A stretch of DNA of 37,383 nt, from IMG/VR virus record IMGVR_UViG_2778261303_000009. One strand, given 5' to 3'. A program made the position numbers and the translations under genes. The notes beneath the pieces are model-generated. The model was not told the origin of the DNA. It was given only the letters and a program-made list of their open reading frames with translations, and did no database searches. Positions 17,499-26,617 of the stretch are shown in pieces. Within the stretch, counting starts at the first letter, position 1; each line of letters begins with the position of its first letter. Source of the stretch: a virus. Its lineage: Duplodnaviria > Heunggongvirae > Uroviricota > Caudoviricetes.

Positions 17499-17994
17499 AC
17501 GCTGCCTTGTCGGGGCCGTGCTGGCTATTGCTGCCACGCTGCCGGGGTTTCAGCAACTTCACACCTCCGTGGAGGGGCTGAAACTGATTGCCGATTACGA
17601 AGGCTGTCGTCTGCAGCCGTATCAGTGCAGCGCGGGTGTCTGGACCGACGGCATTGGTAATACGTCGGGCGTCATTCCCGGCAAAACTATTACGGAACGA
17701 CAGGCAGCAGAAGGGCTGATCTCCAACGTGCTACGTGTGGAGCGGGCGCTGGAAAGGTGTGTGAAGCAACAGCCGCCGCAGAAGGTGTATGACGCTACGG
17801 TGTCGTTTGCCTTCAACGTGGGGACGGGCAATGCCTGTAGTTCCACGCTGGTGAAATTGCTCAATCAGCGGCGCTGGGCGGATGCATGCCGACAGTTGCC
17901 GCGCTGGGTTTATGTGAAAGGTGTTTTTAATCAAGGGCTGGATAACCGCCGTGCGCGGGAGATGGCCTGGTGCCTTAAAGGAGCTGGACTATGA
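17479..17994 (+). CDS. SAR endolysin (T4-lysozyme-like muramidase with N-terminal signal-anchor-release domain)
   Basis: N-terminal hydrophobic Gly/Ala-rich segment (CLVGAVLAIAATLPG), then an E-x8-C-x5-T catalytic triad variant (YEGCRLQPYQCSAGVWT). GGGAGGA RBS upstream. Confidence 0.8.
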   Translation: MNPSIVKRCLVGAVLAIAATLPGFQQLHTSVEGLKLIADYEGCRLQPYQCSAGVWTDGIGNTSGVIPGKTITERQAAEGLISNVLRVERALERCVKQQPPQKVYDATVSFAFNVGTGNACSSTLVKLLNQRRWADACRQLPRWVYVKGVFNQGLDNRRAREMAWCLKGAGL

Positions 17995-18419
17995 CACGTG
18001 CGCTGGCGGTAGTGGCGGCGCTGGCACTCGTTGCGCTGGGCTGGCAGTCGTGGCGGCTTAACAGCGCCAGCCACACCATCGAAACGCAGCGCGCGGCGCT
18101 GAAAAGTAAAGCGCACGAACTAACGAAGAAAAATAGCCAGCTGATCAGTCTGTCCATTCTGGCTGAAACCAACAATCGGGAGCAGGCGCGGCTCTACGCC
18201 GAAGCAGAACAGACCAGTGCACTGCTGAGACAACGACAACGCCGGATTGAGGAACTGAAACGTGAGAACGAGGATTTACGCCGCTGGGCTGATACTCCTT
18301 TGCCTGCTGACATTATCCGGCTGCGGAAACGTCCGGCATTCACCGGAGGTGCAGCTTACCGTCAGTGGTTGTCCGCGAGTGACGCCGTGTCGGCTGGATC
18401 AGGCAACGCCGCGCACTAA
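17991..18419 (+). CDS. lysB: Inner-membrane spanin (Rz/LysB-like)
   Basis: 142-aa ORF with an N-terminal TM segment and coiled-coil-like periplasmic domain; start overlaps the endolysin stop. Confidence 0.7.
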   Translation: MTRALAVVAALALVALGWQSWRLNSASHTIETQRAALKSKAHELTKKNSQLISLSILAETNNREQARLYAEAEQTSALLRQRQRRIEELKRENEDLRRWADTPLPADIIRLRKRPAFTGGAAYRQWLSASDAVSAGSGNAAH

Positions 18420-18552
18420 CGGTGATCTGAACGCATTGCTGGATGAAACGGAGGCCGCCTGGGCGGTCTGTGCAGACAAAGTGGACATGATTATTGCGTG
18501 TCAGGAGCGAAACAGTGAACAAACCACAATCCCTGCGCCACGCCCTCAATAA
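18262..18552 (+). CDS. lysC: Outer-membrane lipoprotein spanin (Rz1/LysC-like), overlapping lysB out of frame
   Basis: GTG start at 18262 behind a GAGGA RBS. Signal peptide ending in lipobox LSGC, then a proline-rich mature region. Begins inside lysB as in P2. Confidence 0.65.
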   Translation: MRTRIYAAGLILLCLLTLSGCGNVRHSPEVQLTVSGCPRVTPCRLDQATPRTNGDLNALLDETEAAWAVCADKVDMIIACQERNSEQTTIPAPRPQ

Positions 18553-18946
18553 AGCGGTGCCTTATGTCCGCAATAACCCGGACAAACTGCATCTGTTTGT
18601 GGATAACGGTTCGCTGGTTGCTACGGGGGCCAGCTCCATGTCATGGGAGTACCGTTACACCCTGAACGTGGTGATTGAGGATTTCAGCGGCGACCAGAAT
18701 CTGTTGATGGCCCCGGTTTTATTGTGGCTGCGGGATAACCAGCCTGATGCCATCAATAACCCGGCGTTACGGGAAAAGTTATTCACCTTTGAGGTGGATA
18801 TTTTGCGCAACGATGTCTGTGATATCAGCCTTAACCTGCAACTGACGGAGCGTGTGCTGGTCAGCACTGACGGCAGTGTGTCGAGTGTTGAAGCTGTAGA
18901 GGAACCCGATGAACCTGAAGAAATGTGGACGGTGAAACGTGGCTGA
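18515..18946 (+). CDS. R: Tail completion protein (P2 gpR-like)
   Basis: Likely GTG start at 18515 behind an AGGAG RBS. Sequence (FVDNGSLVATGASSMSWEYRYTLNVVIEDFSGD...) matches gpR as recalled. Confidence 0.75.
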   Translation: MNKPQSLRHALNKAVPYVRNNPDKLHLFVDNGSLVATGASSMSWEYRYTLNVVIEDFSGDQNLLMAPVLLWLRDNQPDAINNPALREKLFTFEVDILRNDVCDISLNLQLTERVLVSTDGSVSSVEAVEEPDEPEEMWTVKRG

Positions 18947-19385
18947 ATTGCAGAAGGTGGACGACTGGCTGAGTGCCTTGCTGGCGAATCTGGAGCCAGC
19001 CGCAAGAAGCCGCATGATGCGCCAGCTGGCGCAGGAACTGCGCCGGACACAGCAGCAGAATATCAGGATGCAGCGCAACCCTGATGGCAGCAGTTATGAA
19101 CCGCGCAGGGTAACAGCACGCAGTAAAAAAGGCCGTATCAAACGGCAGATGTTTGCAAAGCTGCGCACCACAAAATACCTGAAAACCGCCGCCAGCGCGG
19201 ATTCTGCCAGCGTGCAGTTTGAAGGTAAGGTGCAGCGTATTGCCCGTGTTCATCACTACGGCCTGCGCGATCGCGTCAGTCGCAAAGGACCGGAGGTCCG
19301 TTATGCAGAGCGTCGCCTGCTGGGTGTAAATGATGATTTATACTTTTTAACACGACGCATTTTATTGCAATGGTTGGCGAGGTAG
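18939..19385 (+). CDS. S: Tail completion protein (P2 gpS-like)
   Basis: GTG start overlapping the R stop. Sequence RNPDGSSYEPRR... is typical of gpS. Confidence 0.75.
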   Translation: MAELQKVDDWLSALLANLEPAARSRMMRQLAQELRRTQQQNIRMQRNPDGSSYEPRRVTARSKKGRIKRQMFAKLRTTKYLKTAASADSASVQFEGKVQRIARVHHYGLRDRVSRKGPEVRYAERRLLGVNDDLYFLTRRILLQWLAR

Positions 19386-19442
19386 AGTTGGTTGACTTTT
19401 TGTAGTTCCTACTCTAACCTCACCGATTGATTTTAGGTTATA

Positions 19443-21197
19443 TCAATCCCAAAATAAATTATTATTAATATTGCTCATATCGAAAGTGAAGTTCTTTTCT
19501 GTAATAGTTTCGTACCTTTGTTCATAGATTATTTTTACATATCTAAACCCCTGTGTTACAGAGCGAATTTTTCGGGGTTTTGATGCAAGCATAACAAGTA
19601 TTTCAAATACTTTATCAAGATAGTTGTGGGTGTGTTCAACTAAAAGGGGGGTAAATTTACCACCTTTTCCAGAATGGACTATGTTATTTCTTGTTCTATA
19701 AATTCTTCTGAGTTGCCATTCTAATCTTAACTTATGGTTATCTAAAGTTGATTTAATTGACTCCGGGGATGAAACTATGTTTTTTATATACTCGAAACGA
19801 TCTGAAAGCAATGTGTAATCACGAAATTTAGCGGATAAAGATTCCCTTACTGATTCGTATTCAGGAAGAATCATTATATTGGCTAGTTTGTGTTTCGCTT
19901 TTGCTCCAGGTATTCCTTTTAAATGTGAGTTTAGCATGTGCCTATTCCATAACAGCAGGTCTCGAGTAAGGTTGTCAATTAAGGAGTCTATATATGTAAT
20001 ATTCAGGAATGGAATTATACTTGCAGTAATATGTTCTATTGTTGCTTGATCCTTGGATTTAGTGTCTGTCGGCACTAATGATTCAAGAGCTATCCATAGA
20101 TTTAAAAGCTGATTTTCAACATTTTCACTTTTTAATGCCATTGAATGTAATTGAATACTTCTCAAGAACTTGGCAAATGAACTATTTTCTAGAGAAAACT
20201 CAGACATCAATGATTCAAGACGTTTCTTGGCCTTTTCATGCTTTAAGTCCTTGCATTTTTTCATGGGGTTAAGTCTTTCAGCCACTTTCAAAGAGTCTGT
20301 ATCAGTTATAACGAAAGCTTCATTTGACCAAGTAGGTTTATCTTTATGATGATAAATATTTAAAAAGGATGATGCTAATTTAAGTAGGTTTTCAGCATTC
20401 TCTCTTGCTGAATAAGAATCAAAAGCTTCTATATTTGATACGCAAACTATCTTCTTTCTTTGCAGATTTCTAAAAAAAACATGTTGGGAAAATTCTTCTG
20501 GTGGTTCTTTCTCAACAGACAAAGAGAGTCTTTCGAAAGTTGGCTCGGCGCCTAAAAACACTGGTTCAACAATAAAATATATTTTGTATTTCTTTTTTTC
20601 GAGTTTTATTAAATCAAAAAAAGAAGAGACATCAGTGTTATTTGAGATTTTATTATTCCCATAATAAAAAAATTGCTGGGTTAAATTCTTAAGATTATGT
20701 TGGCTAAAGCCAATGTAGAGTAATAAGCTGATATAATTTCTTGTTAGCTTGCGTATGATGCTTCTTTCCCAGTTTGGGGATGATAACTCTTGGGTGATAA
20801 GTTCTTCACTTTTTTCTTTATATAATTTGGGTGGTAATTGAATGACCAGCATTTCAATTATTGAGCTTCTCTCTTTAGGGCTTATGTTAGTATTTTTTAG
20901 TTTGTTGAGAAAAGCTTGGTAAGCATCGCCTAATAAATGTTGTGCTACTTTATCACATGACAAGTTATGTATTAATTCTGCGGTTAAATGTTCAATATTT
21001 TTAGGCTGAATAATACCATCCTCAACATCTTTAATTGTATTTAAAGTTTCTATTCCAATTGTTGGGGTATTCATCACTGAGGGTTTGTATGTGTCCAGTG
21101 TATAGTCAAATAGCATTTCATCCAGTAATTGCGCAAAATATACTAGTGCTTTACAAGTGTCTGGGCAATCCCATTTATACAAAGAACGAAATTTCAT
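19443..21197 (-). CDS. Cargo protein (584 aa) with C-terminal HEPN-type RNxxxH motif; candidate abortive-infection RNase
   Basis: Very AT-rich ORF antisense to the late operon, between S and V. Near the C-terminus, LEWQLRRIYRTRNNIVHSGKGG contains RNNIVH (R-N-x3-H), encoded at 19674..19691. Confidence 0.65.
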   Translation of the reverse strand: MKFRSLYKWDCPDTCKALVYFAQLLDEMLFDYTLDTYKPSVMNTPTIGIETLNTIKDVEDGIIQPKNIEHLTAELIHNLSCDKVAQHLLGDAYQAFLNKLKNTNISPKERSSIIEMLVIQLPPKLYKEKSEELITQELSSPNWERSIIRKLTRNYISLLLYIGFSQHNLKNLTQQFFYYGNNKISNNTDVSSFFDLIKLEKKKYKIYFIVEPVFLGAEPTFERLSLSVEKEPPEEFSQHVFFRNLQRKKIVCVSNIEAFDSYSARENAENLLKLASSFLNIYHHKDKPTWSNEAFVITDTDSLKVAERLNPMKKCKDLKHEKAKKRLESLMSEFSLENSSFAKFLRSIQLHSMALKSENVENQLLNLWIALESLVPTDTKSKDQATIEHITASIIPFLNITYIDSLIDNLTRDLLLWNRHMLNSHLKGIPGAKAKHKLANIMILPEYESVRESLSAKFRDYTLLSDRFEYIKNIVSSPESIKSTLDNHKLRLEWQLRRIYRTRNNIVHSGKGGKFTPLLVEHTHNYLDKVFEILVMLASKPRKIRSVTQGFRYVKIIYEQRYETITEKNFTFDMSNINNNLFWD

Positions 21198-21213
21198 TTT
21201 TGTTATTCCATAT

Positions 21214-21231
21214 TGTAAGACCGCTCATACA
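21214..21231. promoter_or_regulatory. TGT-N12-ACA dyad (late-activator site) upstream of V
   Basis: TGTAAGACCGCTCATACA lies 47-64 bp upstream of the V ATG and 17 bp from the start of the divergent cargo gene. Confidence 0.35.
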
Positions 21232-21277
21232 AATACATATGTTTTAAGATAAATGCAAGATGTTGAATCATTGCCCT

Positions 21278-21856
21278 ATGAACGCACAACTTACCGAAAT
21301 CATGCGCCTTATCACCAACCTGATCCGCACTGGGGTAGTCACCGAAGTGGACCGGGAACACTGGCTTTGTCGGGTGAAAACGGGCGACCTTGAAACCAAC
21401 TGGATTAACTGGCTGACACTGCGCGCGGGCAAATCGCGCACCTGGTGGAAACCGTCTGTGGGCGAGCAGGTTGTGCTATTCAGCCTGGGTGGCAATCTGG
21501 AAACCGCGTTTGCCCTACCTGCTGTCTACTCAAATCAGTTTCCACCACCTTCTGACTCTGAGGACGGCAACGTGGTTGAGTACCCGGACGGTGGCAGGTT
21601 TGAATACGAACCCGCCACCGGGCGCTGGTATGTCAGGGGCATCAAATCTATGGTCATTGAGGCTGCCGACAATATCACCCTGAAAACCAGTGAGTTTGTA
21701 CTGGAGGCTGACCGCACACGCATTAACAGCGAAGTAGTGATCAATGGTGGTGTTACCCAGGGCGGCGGTGCAATGAGTTCTAACGGAATTGTGGTTGATG
21801 CACATCAGCATACTGGCGTCCTGAAAGGCGGTGACACAACCGGAGGCCCGGTATGA
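21278..21856 (+). CDS. V: Baseplate spike/assembly protein (P2 gpV-like)
   Basis: Aligns with the P2 gpV N-terminus (MN...IRTG...WLTLRAGKSRTWWKPSVGEQV). An alternative in-frame ATG lies at 21260. Confidence 0.8.
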   Translation: MNAQLTEIMRLITNLIRTGVVTEVDREHWLCRVKTGDLETNWINWLTLRAGKSRTWWKPSVGEQVVLFSLGGNLETAFALPAVYSNQFPPPSDSEDGNVVEYPDGGRFEYEPATGRWYVRGIKSMVIEAADNITLKTSEFVLEADRTRINSEVVINGGVTQGGGAMSSNGIVVDAHQHTGVLKGGDTTGGPV

Positions 21857-22212
21857 CGCTTTATAGCGGGATGAACAATACCAGCGGCAAAGTCATTACT
21901 GATATTGACCATCTGCGCCAGTCGGTGCGGGACATTTTACTGACACCGCAGGGTAGCCGCATTGCCCGCCGGGAATATGGTTCCCTGCTGTCGGCACTGA
22001 TAGACCAGCCACAAAATCCGGCGTTACGCCTGCAGGTCATGTCGGCAGTGTATGTGGCGCTGAGTCGCTGGGAGCCACGGCTGACGCTGGATTCCATCAC
22101 TATTAACAGCAATTTTGACGGTTCAATGGTGGTGGAGCTGACCGGGCGGCGTAATAACGGTGTGCCTGTTTCCCTTTCCGTATCAACAGGAGCAGAGAAT
22201 GGCAGTGATTGA
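21853..22212 (+). CDS. W: Baseplate protein (P2 gpW / gp25-like)
   Basis: 119-aa ORF whose start overlaps the V stop (ATGA). Confidence 0.85.
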   Translation: MTLYSGMNNTSGKVITDIDHLRQSVRDILLTPQGSRIARREYGSLLSALIDQPQNPALRLQVMSAVYVALSRWEPRLTLDSITINSNFDGSMVVELTGRRNNGVPVSLSVSTGAENGSD

Positions 22213-23107
22213 CCTTTCGCAGTTGCCTGCACCGCAGATTGTGGATGTGCCGGACTTTGAGACGCTGCTTGCCGAACGCAAGGCAGAATTTGTGGCGCTT
22301 CATCCGAAAGATGAGCAGGAAGCAGTGATGCGTACGCTGGAACTGGAATCTGAACCCGTCACTAAATTGTTGCAGGAGAACGCTTATCGTGAGTTGCTCC
22401 TGCGCCAGCGCATTAACGAAGCCGCGCAGGCTGTGATGGTGGCTTATGCCATAGGGAGCGATCTGGACCAGCTCGCTGCCAATTACAACGTGAAACGCCT
22501 GACGGTGACGCCTGCTGATAATGACGCTGTACCGCCCGTTGCGGCTGTGATGGAAAGTGATGAAGCGTTACGCCTGCGTGTGCCTGCAGCCTTTGAAGGG
22601 CTTTCAGTTGCGGGGCCAACTGCAGCTTATGAATTTCATGCCCGAAGCGCCGACGGTCGGGTGGCGGATGCCAGTGCAACCAGCCCGGCACCTGCAGAGG
22701 TGGTGCTGACTGTCCTTAGCCGCGAAGGCGATGGAACTGCAGAAAAAGACCTGCTGGACGTGGTGGAAAAAGCTCTGAACAGTGAGAACGTCCGCCCGGT
22801 GGCTGACCGTCTGACGGTTCGCAGCGCAGAAATCATCCCGTATCGCGTGGAAGCCACCATTTTTCTCTATCCGGGACCGGAAGCAGAGCCGGTAATGGCA
22901 GCGGCAAAAGCCAGCCTGCAGAAGTACATCGCCAGTCAGACGCGTCTTGGTCGGGATATTCGCCGTAGCGCCATCTTTGCCGCCCTGCATGTTGAGGGTG
23001 TGCAGCGTGTGGAGCTGGCTTCTCCTCTGGCGGATATGGTCCTGAACAAAACACAGGCGGCATCATGTACGCAGTGGAGCGTAACCAACGGAGGAACGGA
23101 TGAATAG
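22199..23107 (+). CDS. J: Baseplate assembly protein (P2 gpJ-like)
   Basis: ATG at 22199 behind an AGGAG RBS. N-terminus MAVIDLSQLPAPQIVDVPDFETLLAERKA... matches gpJ. Confidence 0.85.
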   Translation: MAVIDLSQLPAPQIVDVPDFETLLAERKAEFVALHPKDEQEAVMRTLELESEPVTKLLQENAYRELLLRQRINEAAQAVMVAYAIGSDLDQLAANYNVKRLTVTPADNDAVPPVAAVMESDEALRLRVPAAFEGLSVAGPTAAYEFHARSADGRVADASATSPAPAEVVLTVLSREGDGTAEKDLLDVVEKALNSENVRPVADRLTVRSAEIIPYRVEATIFLYPGPEAEPVMAAAKASLQKYIASQTRLGRDIRRSAIFAALHVEGVQRVELASPLADMVLNKTQAASCTQWSVTNGGTDE

Positions 23108-23705
23108 TTTGCTGCCACCGGGTTCAACACCACTGGAGCGCCGACTGGCGCAAACCTGCAGCGGGATTTCTGATCTGCAGGTGCCGCTTCGTGACTTGTG
23201 GAATCCGGCGACCTGTCCGGTCAGTTTCCTGCCTTATCTCGCCTGGGCGTTCTCTGTTGATCGCTGGGACGAGGACTGGACAGAAAGTGTCAAGCGCCAG
23301 GTGGTGAAGGATGCTTTTTATATTCATCAGCATAAAGGGACCACCAGTGCCGTGCGGCGGGTGGTGGAGCCGTTCGGCTTTCTGATCCGCATTATTGAGT
23401 GGTGGCAGACCGGAGAGACACCGGGCACGTTTCGTCTGGATATCGGCGTGCAGGACCAGGGCATCACTGAAGATACCTATCTGGAACTTGAGCGACTGAT
23501 AAGCGATGCCAAACCATGCAGCCGTCACATGATCGGCATGTCCATCAACCTGCAGACCAGCGGCCCGCATTGGGTAGGAGCCGCCAGCTATCTTGGCGAA
23601 GAAATCACGATCTATCCGTATATCAACGAAACAATTATTTCCGGCGGCACCGCGCATGAAGGCGGGGCGGTCCATGTTATTGACACAATGAGAGTGAATC
23701 CATGA
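23100..23705 (+). CDS. I: Baseplate assembly protein (P2 gpI-like)
   Basis: N-terminus MNSLLPPGSTPLERRLA... matches gpI. GGAGG RBS upstream. Confidence 0.8.
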   Translation: MNSLLPPGSTPLERRLAQTCSGISDLQVPLRDLWNPATCPVSFLPYLAWAFSVDRWDEDWTESVKRQVVKDAFYIHQHKGTTSAVRRVVEPFGFLIRIIEWWQTGETPGTFRLDIGVQDQGITEDTYLELERLISDAKPCSRHMIGMSINLQTSGPHWVGAASYLGEEITIYPYINETIISGGTAHEGGAVHVIDTMRVNP

Positions 23706-25243
23706 GCACAAAATTTTATACCCTGCTGACGGATATTGGCGCGGCGAAACTTGCCAGCGCCGCCGCGCTCGGTGTGCCTTTAAAAATTACCCATATGGCG
23801 GTCGGCGATGGCGGCGGAGTATTGCCAACGCCGGATGCAAAGCAGACTGCACTGGTGAATGAGAAACGCCGGGCTGCGCTGAATATGCTCTATATCGACC
23901 CGCAGAACAGTAGCCAGATTATTGCTGAACAGGTGATCCCTGAAAATGAGGGCGGTTGGTGGATACGTGAAGTGGGCCTGTTTGATGAGTCCGGGGCATT
24001 GATTGCCGTGGGAAACTGCCCGGAAAGCTATAAGCCGCAACTGGCTGAAGGCAGTGGGCGTACCCAGACCGTGCGCATGGTGCTGATTACCAGCAGCACG
24101 GACAATATCACCCTGAAAATCGACCCTGCCGTCGTGCTGGCAACCCGCAAGTATGTGGATGACAAGGTACTGGAGCTGAAGGTGTTCGTGGATGATAAGA
24201 TGGCAAAACATCTTGCCGCACCGGACCCGCATTCACAGTATGCACCCAAAGAAAGCCCGACATTGACCGGAACACCCAAAGCGCCAACGCCAGCGGAGGG
24301 GAATAACACCACGCAGATTGCGACCACCGCGTTTGTTCAGGCGGCACTGATGGCCCTTATTAATGGTGCGCCAGCCACACTGGATACGCTGAAAGAAATT
24401 GCCGCTGCCATTAATAATGACCCGAAATTCAGTACCACCATTAACAATGCGCTGGCACTGAAAGCGCCGCTGTCGAGTCCGGCACTCACCGGAACGCCAA
24501 CAGCACCTACTGCGGCACAGTCGGTCAACAATACACAGATTGCCACCACGGCATTTGTGAAATCGGCGATTGCGGCAATGGTGGGTTCTGCACCTGCGGC
24601 ACTGGATACACTGAACGAACTGGCGGCGGCACTGGGGAATGATCCGAACTTTGCCACGACAATGCTTAATGCGCTGTCAGGTAAACAACCGCTGGACAAT
24701 ACGCTTACCAATTTGAGTGGAAAGGATGTAGCTGGTCTTCTCACATACCTTGGTTTGGGAGAAGGCTCTGCATTACCTGTTGGTGTGCCTGTTCCGTGGC
24801 CTTCCGCCACTCCGCCGACAGGCTGGCTGAAATGCAATGGTGCGGCTTTTTCTGCTGAAGAATACCCGGAACTGGCAAAGGCTTACCCGACAAATAAATT
24901 GCCTGATTTACGCGGTGAGTTTATTCGTGGCTGGGATGACGGACGTGGAGTGGATAACGGAAGGGGATTATTAACGCTTCAGGACGGTGCGATTGTCAGT
25001 CATAACCACTATTGGGGAATCTGGACTTCACGAACTAACGACCAGACTCTGGAAAGTTTTACAGGCACCACGATTTTAAAACAAATCACGCCCCTGTCTC
25101 CGGCCATTGACTTCGATAATTACCCAATTCCCAACCCGGCTATTACAGAGGGTGGTGTTGTTGCGGCAACGACTAAACCTGCAGGTGCGAATGAAACACG
25201 CCCACGAAATGTCGCTTTTAACTATATTGTGAGGGCTGCATAA
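23702..25243 (+). CDS. H: Tail fibre protein (P2 gpH-like) with invertible C-terminal host-range domain
   Basis: 513-aa ORF with repeated tail-fibre motifs (TGTPKAPTPAEGNNTTQIATTAFV / TGTPTAPTAAQSVNNTQIATTAFV) and a C-terminal tail-collar-like segment (LPDLRGEFIRGWDDGRGVD). A recombinase crossover site lies at codons about 346-354. Confidence 0.85.
   Translation: MSTKFYTLLTDIGAAKLASAAALGVPLKITHMAVGDGGGVLPTPDAKQTALVNEKRRAALNMLYIDPQNSSQIIAEQVIPENEGGWWIREVGLFDESGALIAVGNCPESYKPQLAEGSGRTQTVRMVLITSSTDNITLKIDPAVVLATRKYVDDKVLELKVFVDDKMAKHLAAPDPHSQYAPKESPTLTGTPKAPTPAEGNNTTQIATTAFVQAALMALINGAPATLDTLKEIAAAINNDPKFSTTINNALALKAPLSSPALTGTPTAPTAAQSVNNTQIATTAFVKSAIAAMVGSAPAALDTLNELAAALGNDPNFATTMLNALSGKQPLDNTLTNLSGKDVAGLLTYLGLGEGSALPVGVPVPWPSATPPTGWLKCNGAAFSAEEYPELAKAYPTNKLPDLRGEFIRGWDDGRGVDNGRGLLTLQDGAIVSHNHYWGIWTSRTNDQTLESFTGTTILKQITPLSPAIDFDNYPIPNPAITEGGVVAATTKPAGANETRPRNVAFNYIVRAA
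24738..24763. repeat. Left invertase crossover site (ttctcacatacc-tt-ggtttgggagaa) inside H
   Basis: 26-bp imperfect palindrome with central TT. Its right half, ttggtttgggagaa (24750..24763), is a perfect 14-bp inverted repeat of 26592..26605. Confidence 0.55.
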
Positions 25244-25845
25244 TGAATAACGCAGAATTAAACAGTGAATTAATTGCCACTATGGCAGGAGAAATTACTG
25301 TTTATAACTTTGATGTCATGAGTCGGGAATATATTTCAGCTTCAACTGAATATCTTGCTATTGGTGTCGGCATTCCGGCATATTCCTGTTTAGATGCCCC
25401 AGGCGCATACAAAGCTGGTTATGCAATCTGCCGATCTGCAGATTTTAACTCATGGGAATATGTGCCAGACCATCGCGGTGAAATCATCTTTAGCACCGAA
25501 ACAGGAGAATCAAAAGAAATCACAGTTCCGGGTGATTACCCTGATAATACAACCACTATCGCCCCGTTAACGCCATACGATAAATGGGATGGTGAGAAAT
25601 GGGTGGCGGATACCGAAGCACAGCATAACGCCGCAGTAGATGCAGCAGAAGCACAGCGCCAGTCACTGATTGATGCTGCAATGGCTTCCATTAGTCTGAT
25701 TCAGCTGAAATTACAGGCCGGACGGAAGTTGACGCAGGCAGAAACCACCCGACTTAACGCCGTGTTGGATTACATTGACGCGGTGGCGGCAACAGATACC
25801 AGCACCGCGCCGGATGTCATCTGGCCTGAACTGCCGGAGACGTAG
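25243..25845 (+). CDS. G: Tail fibre assembly chaperone (P2 gpG-like)
   Basis: 200-aa ORF starting at the H stop (TAATG). C-terminal motif DTSTAPDVIWPELP is shared with the alternative chaperone. Confidence 0.8.
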   Translation: MNNAELNSELIATMAGEITVYNFDVMSREYISASTEYLAIGVGIPAYSCLDAPGAYKAGYAICRSADFNSWEYVPDHRGEIIFSTETGESKEITVPGDYPDNTTTIAPLTPYDKWDGEKWVADTEAQHNAAVDAAEAQRQSLIDAAMASISLIQLKLQAGRKLTQAETTRLNAVLDYIDAVAATDTSTAPDVIWPELPET

Positions 25846-26254
25846 GCCATTCAATATCTGGAGCACTGGAGGTATCAACCAGTTCCAGTGCGTCCAGATA
25901 ATCCAGCCACAAATTATATTGCGCCAGTTCCTCACCTTTCAGACGACCAATAGCGGCTTTACCGGGCCATTGTTTACTGTTCATGTATTCGTTGGCCTGA
26001 TTAAGCAATAATTGCCTTTCTGATTCTGCCTGTTGAATAAGTTCTTCATATGATGGTGGAGGTATTAGTGCCCATGTGGGTAATCCATTTTTTCCTGCAA
26101 CACGAATTTTGTCATCTGGGGGCGTATTGATTGCAAATTCATTATAAACATCATCACTGACAGCCAGAGCATCATCTGGCCATGAATTTGCATTAATGTA
26201 ATCATCCTTAAGCGCAGGATTCACAAAAATGTTTAAAGATGGACTATAAAACAT
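25817..26254 (-). CDS. Alternative tail fibre assembly chaperone (expressed after inversion)
   Basis: 145-aa minus-strand ORF with C-terminal DTSSAPDIEWP, paralogous to the G C-terminus. Start lies 1 bp after the stop of the alternative fibre cassette (TAATATG arrangement). Confidence 0.6.
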   Translation of the reverse strand: MFYSPSLNIFVNPALKDDYINANSWPDDALAVSDDVYNEFAINTPPDDKIRVAGKNGLPTWALIPPPSYEELIQQAESERQLLLNQANEYMNSKQWPGKAAIGRLKGEELAQYNLWLDYLDALELVDTSSAPDIEWPTSPAVQAR

Positions 26255-26255
26255 A

Positions 26256-26604
26256 TTAAACCCCTATAGCGATATAACGACCTAATACAGCATTTGCAGC
26301 AGTCGCTATGCTTGAAAAACCGCGGAACTGATTTGATGTAATTGCAGAAGCCGACAGGATTCCTGCGCCTGAAGGTGTATGCCCCACATGACTAACTATC
26401 ATCCCATAACATGCTGACGGAAAGGCAAAAGGAAAATCATTAAGATATCCGGCATCTTCACCACCAGACCCACCAAATCTCGCCTGCCCCCACTGAATAA
26501 TCAGTGTTCTCCGGGAACCTGAAATAATTAACGGAATCGTTACATACCCATTCAGGCCAATGACACCCGATGCAGTGCCAGCCAGAGATAATTCTCCCAA
26601 ACCA
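26256..26604 (-). other. Promoterless alternative tail-fibre C-terminal cassette (fuses to constant part of H after inversion)
   Basis: Minus-strand reading frame is open from the crossover site (encoding ...GLGE...) to a stop at 26256. The ATG at 26645 is probably fortuitous. Confidence 0.5.
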
Positions 26605-26617
26605 ACGTTTAAGAAAA
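26592..26617. repeat. Right invertase crossover site (ttctcccaaacc-aa-cgtttaagaaaa)
   Basis: 26-bp imperfect palindrome with central AA, resembling hix/gix-type sites. 21/26 identical to the reverse complement of the left site; located 55 bp upstream of the invertase start. Confidence 0.55.

Larger units (their letters stand above)
24750..26605. mobile_element. Invertible tail-fibre segment (Mu G / P1 C / e14 P-region analogue), about 1.85 kb
   Basis: Flanked by inverted crossover sites. Contains the variable H C-terminus plus G on the + strand, and an alternative fibre C-terminus plus alternative assembly chaperone on the - strand. A serine invertase gene lies immediately downstream. Confidence 0.6.

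Noticed and set aside
24337-24837. 166-aa minus-strand ORF inside tail-fibre gene H
   Set aside because: Antisense to the repetitive Ala/Thr-rich fibre region; no independent support.
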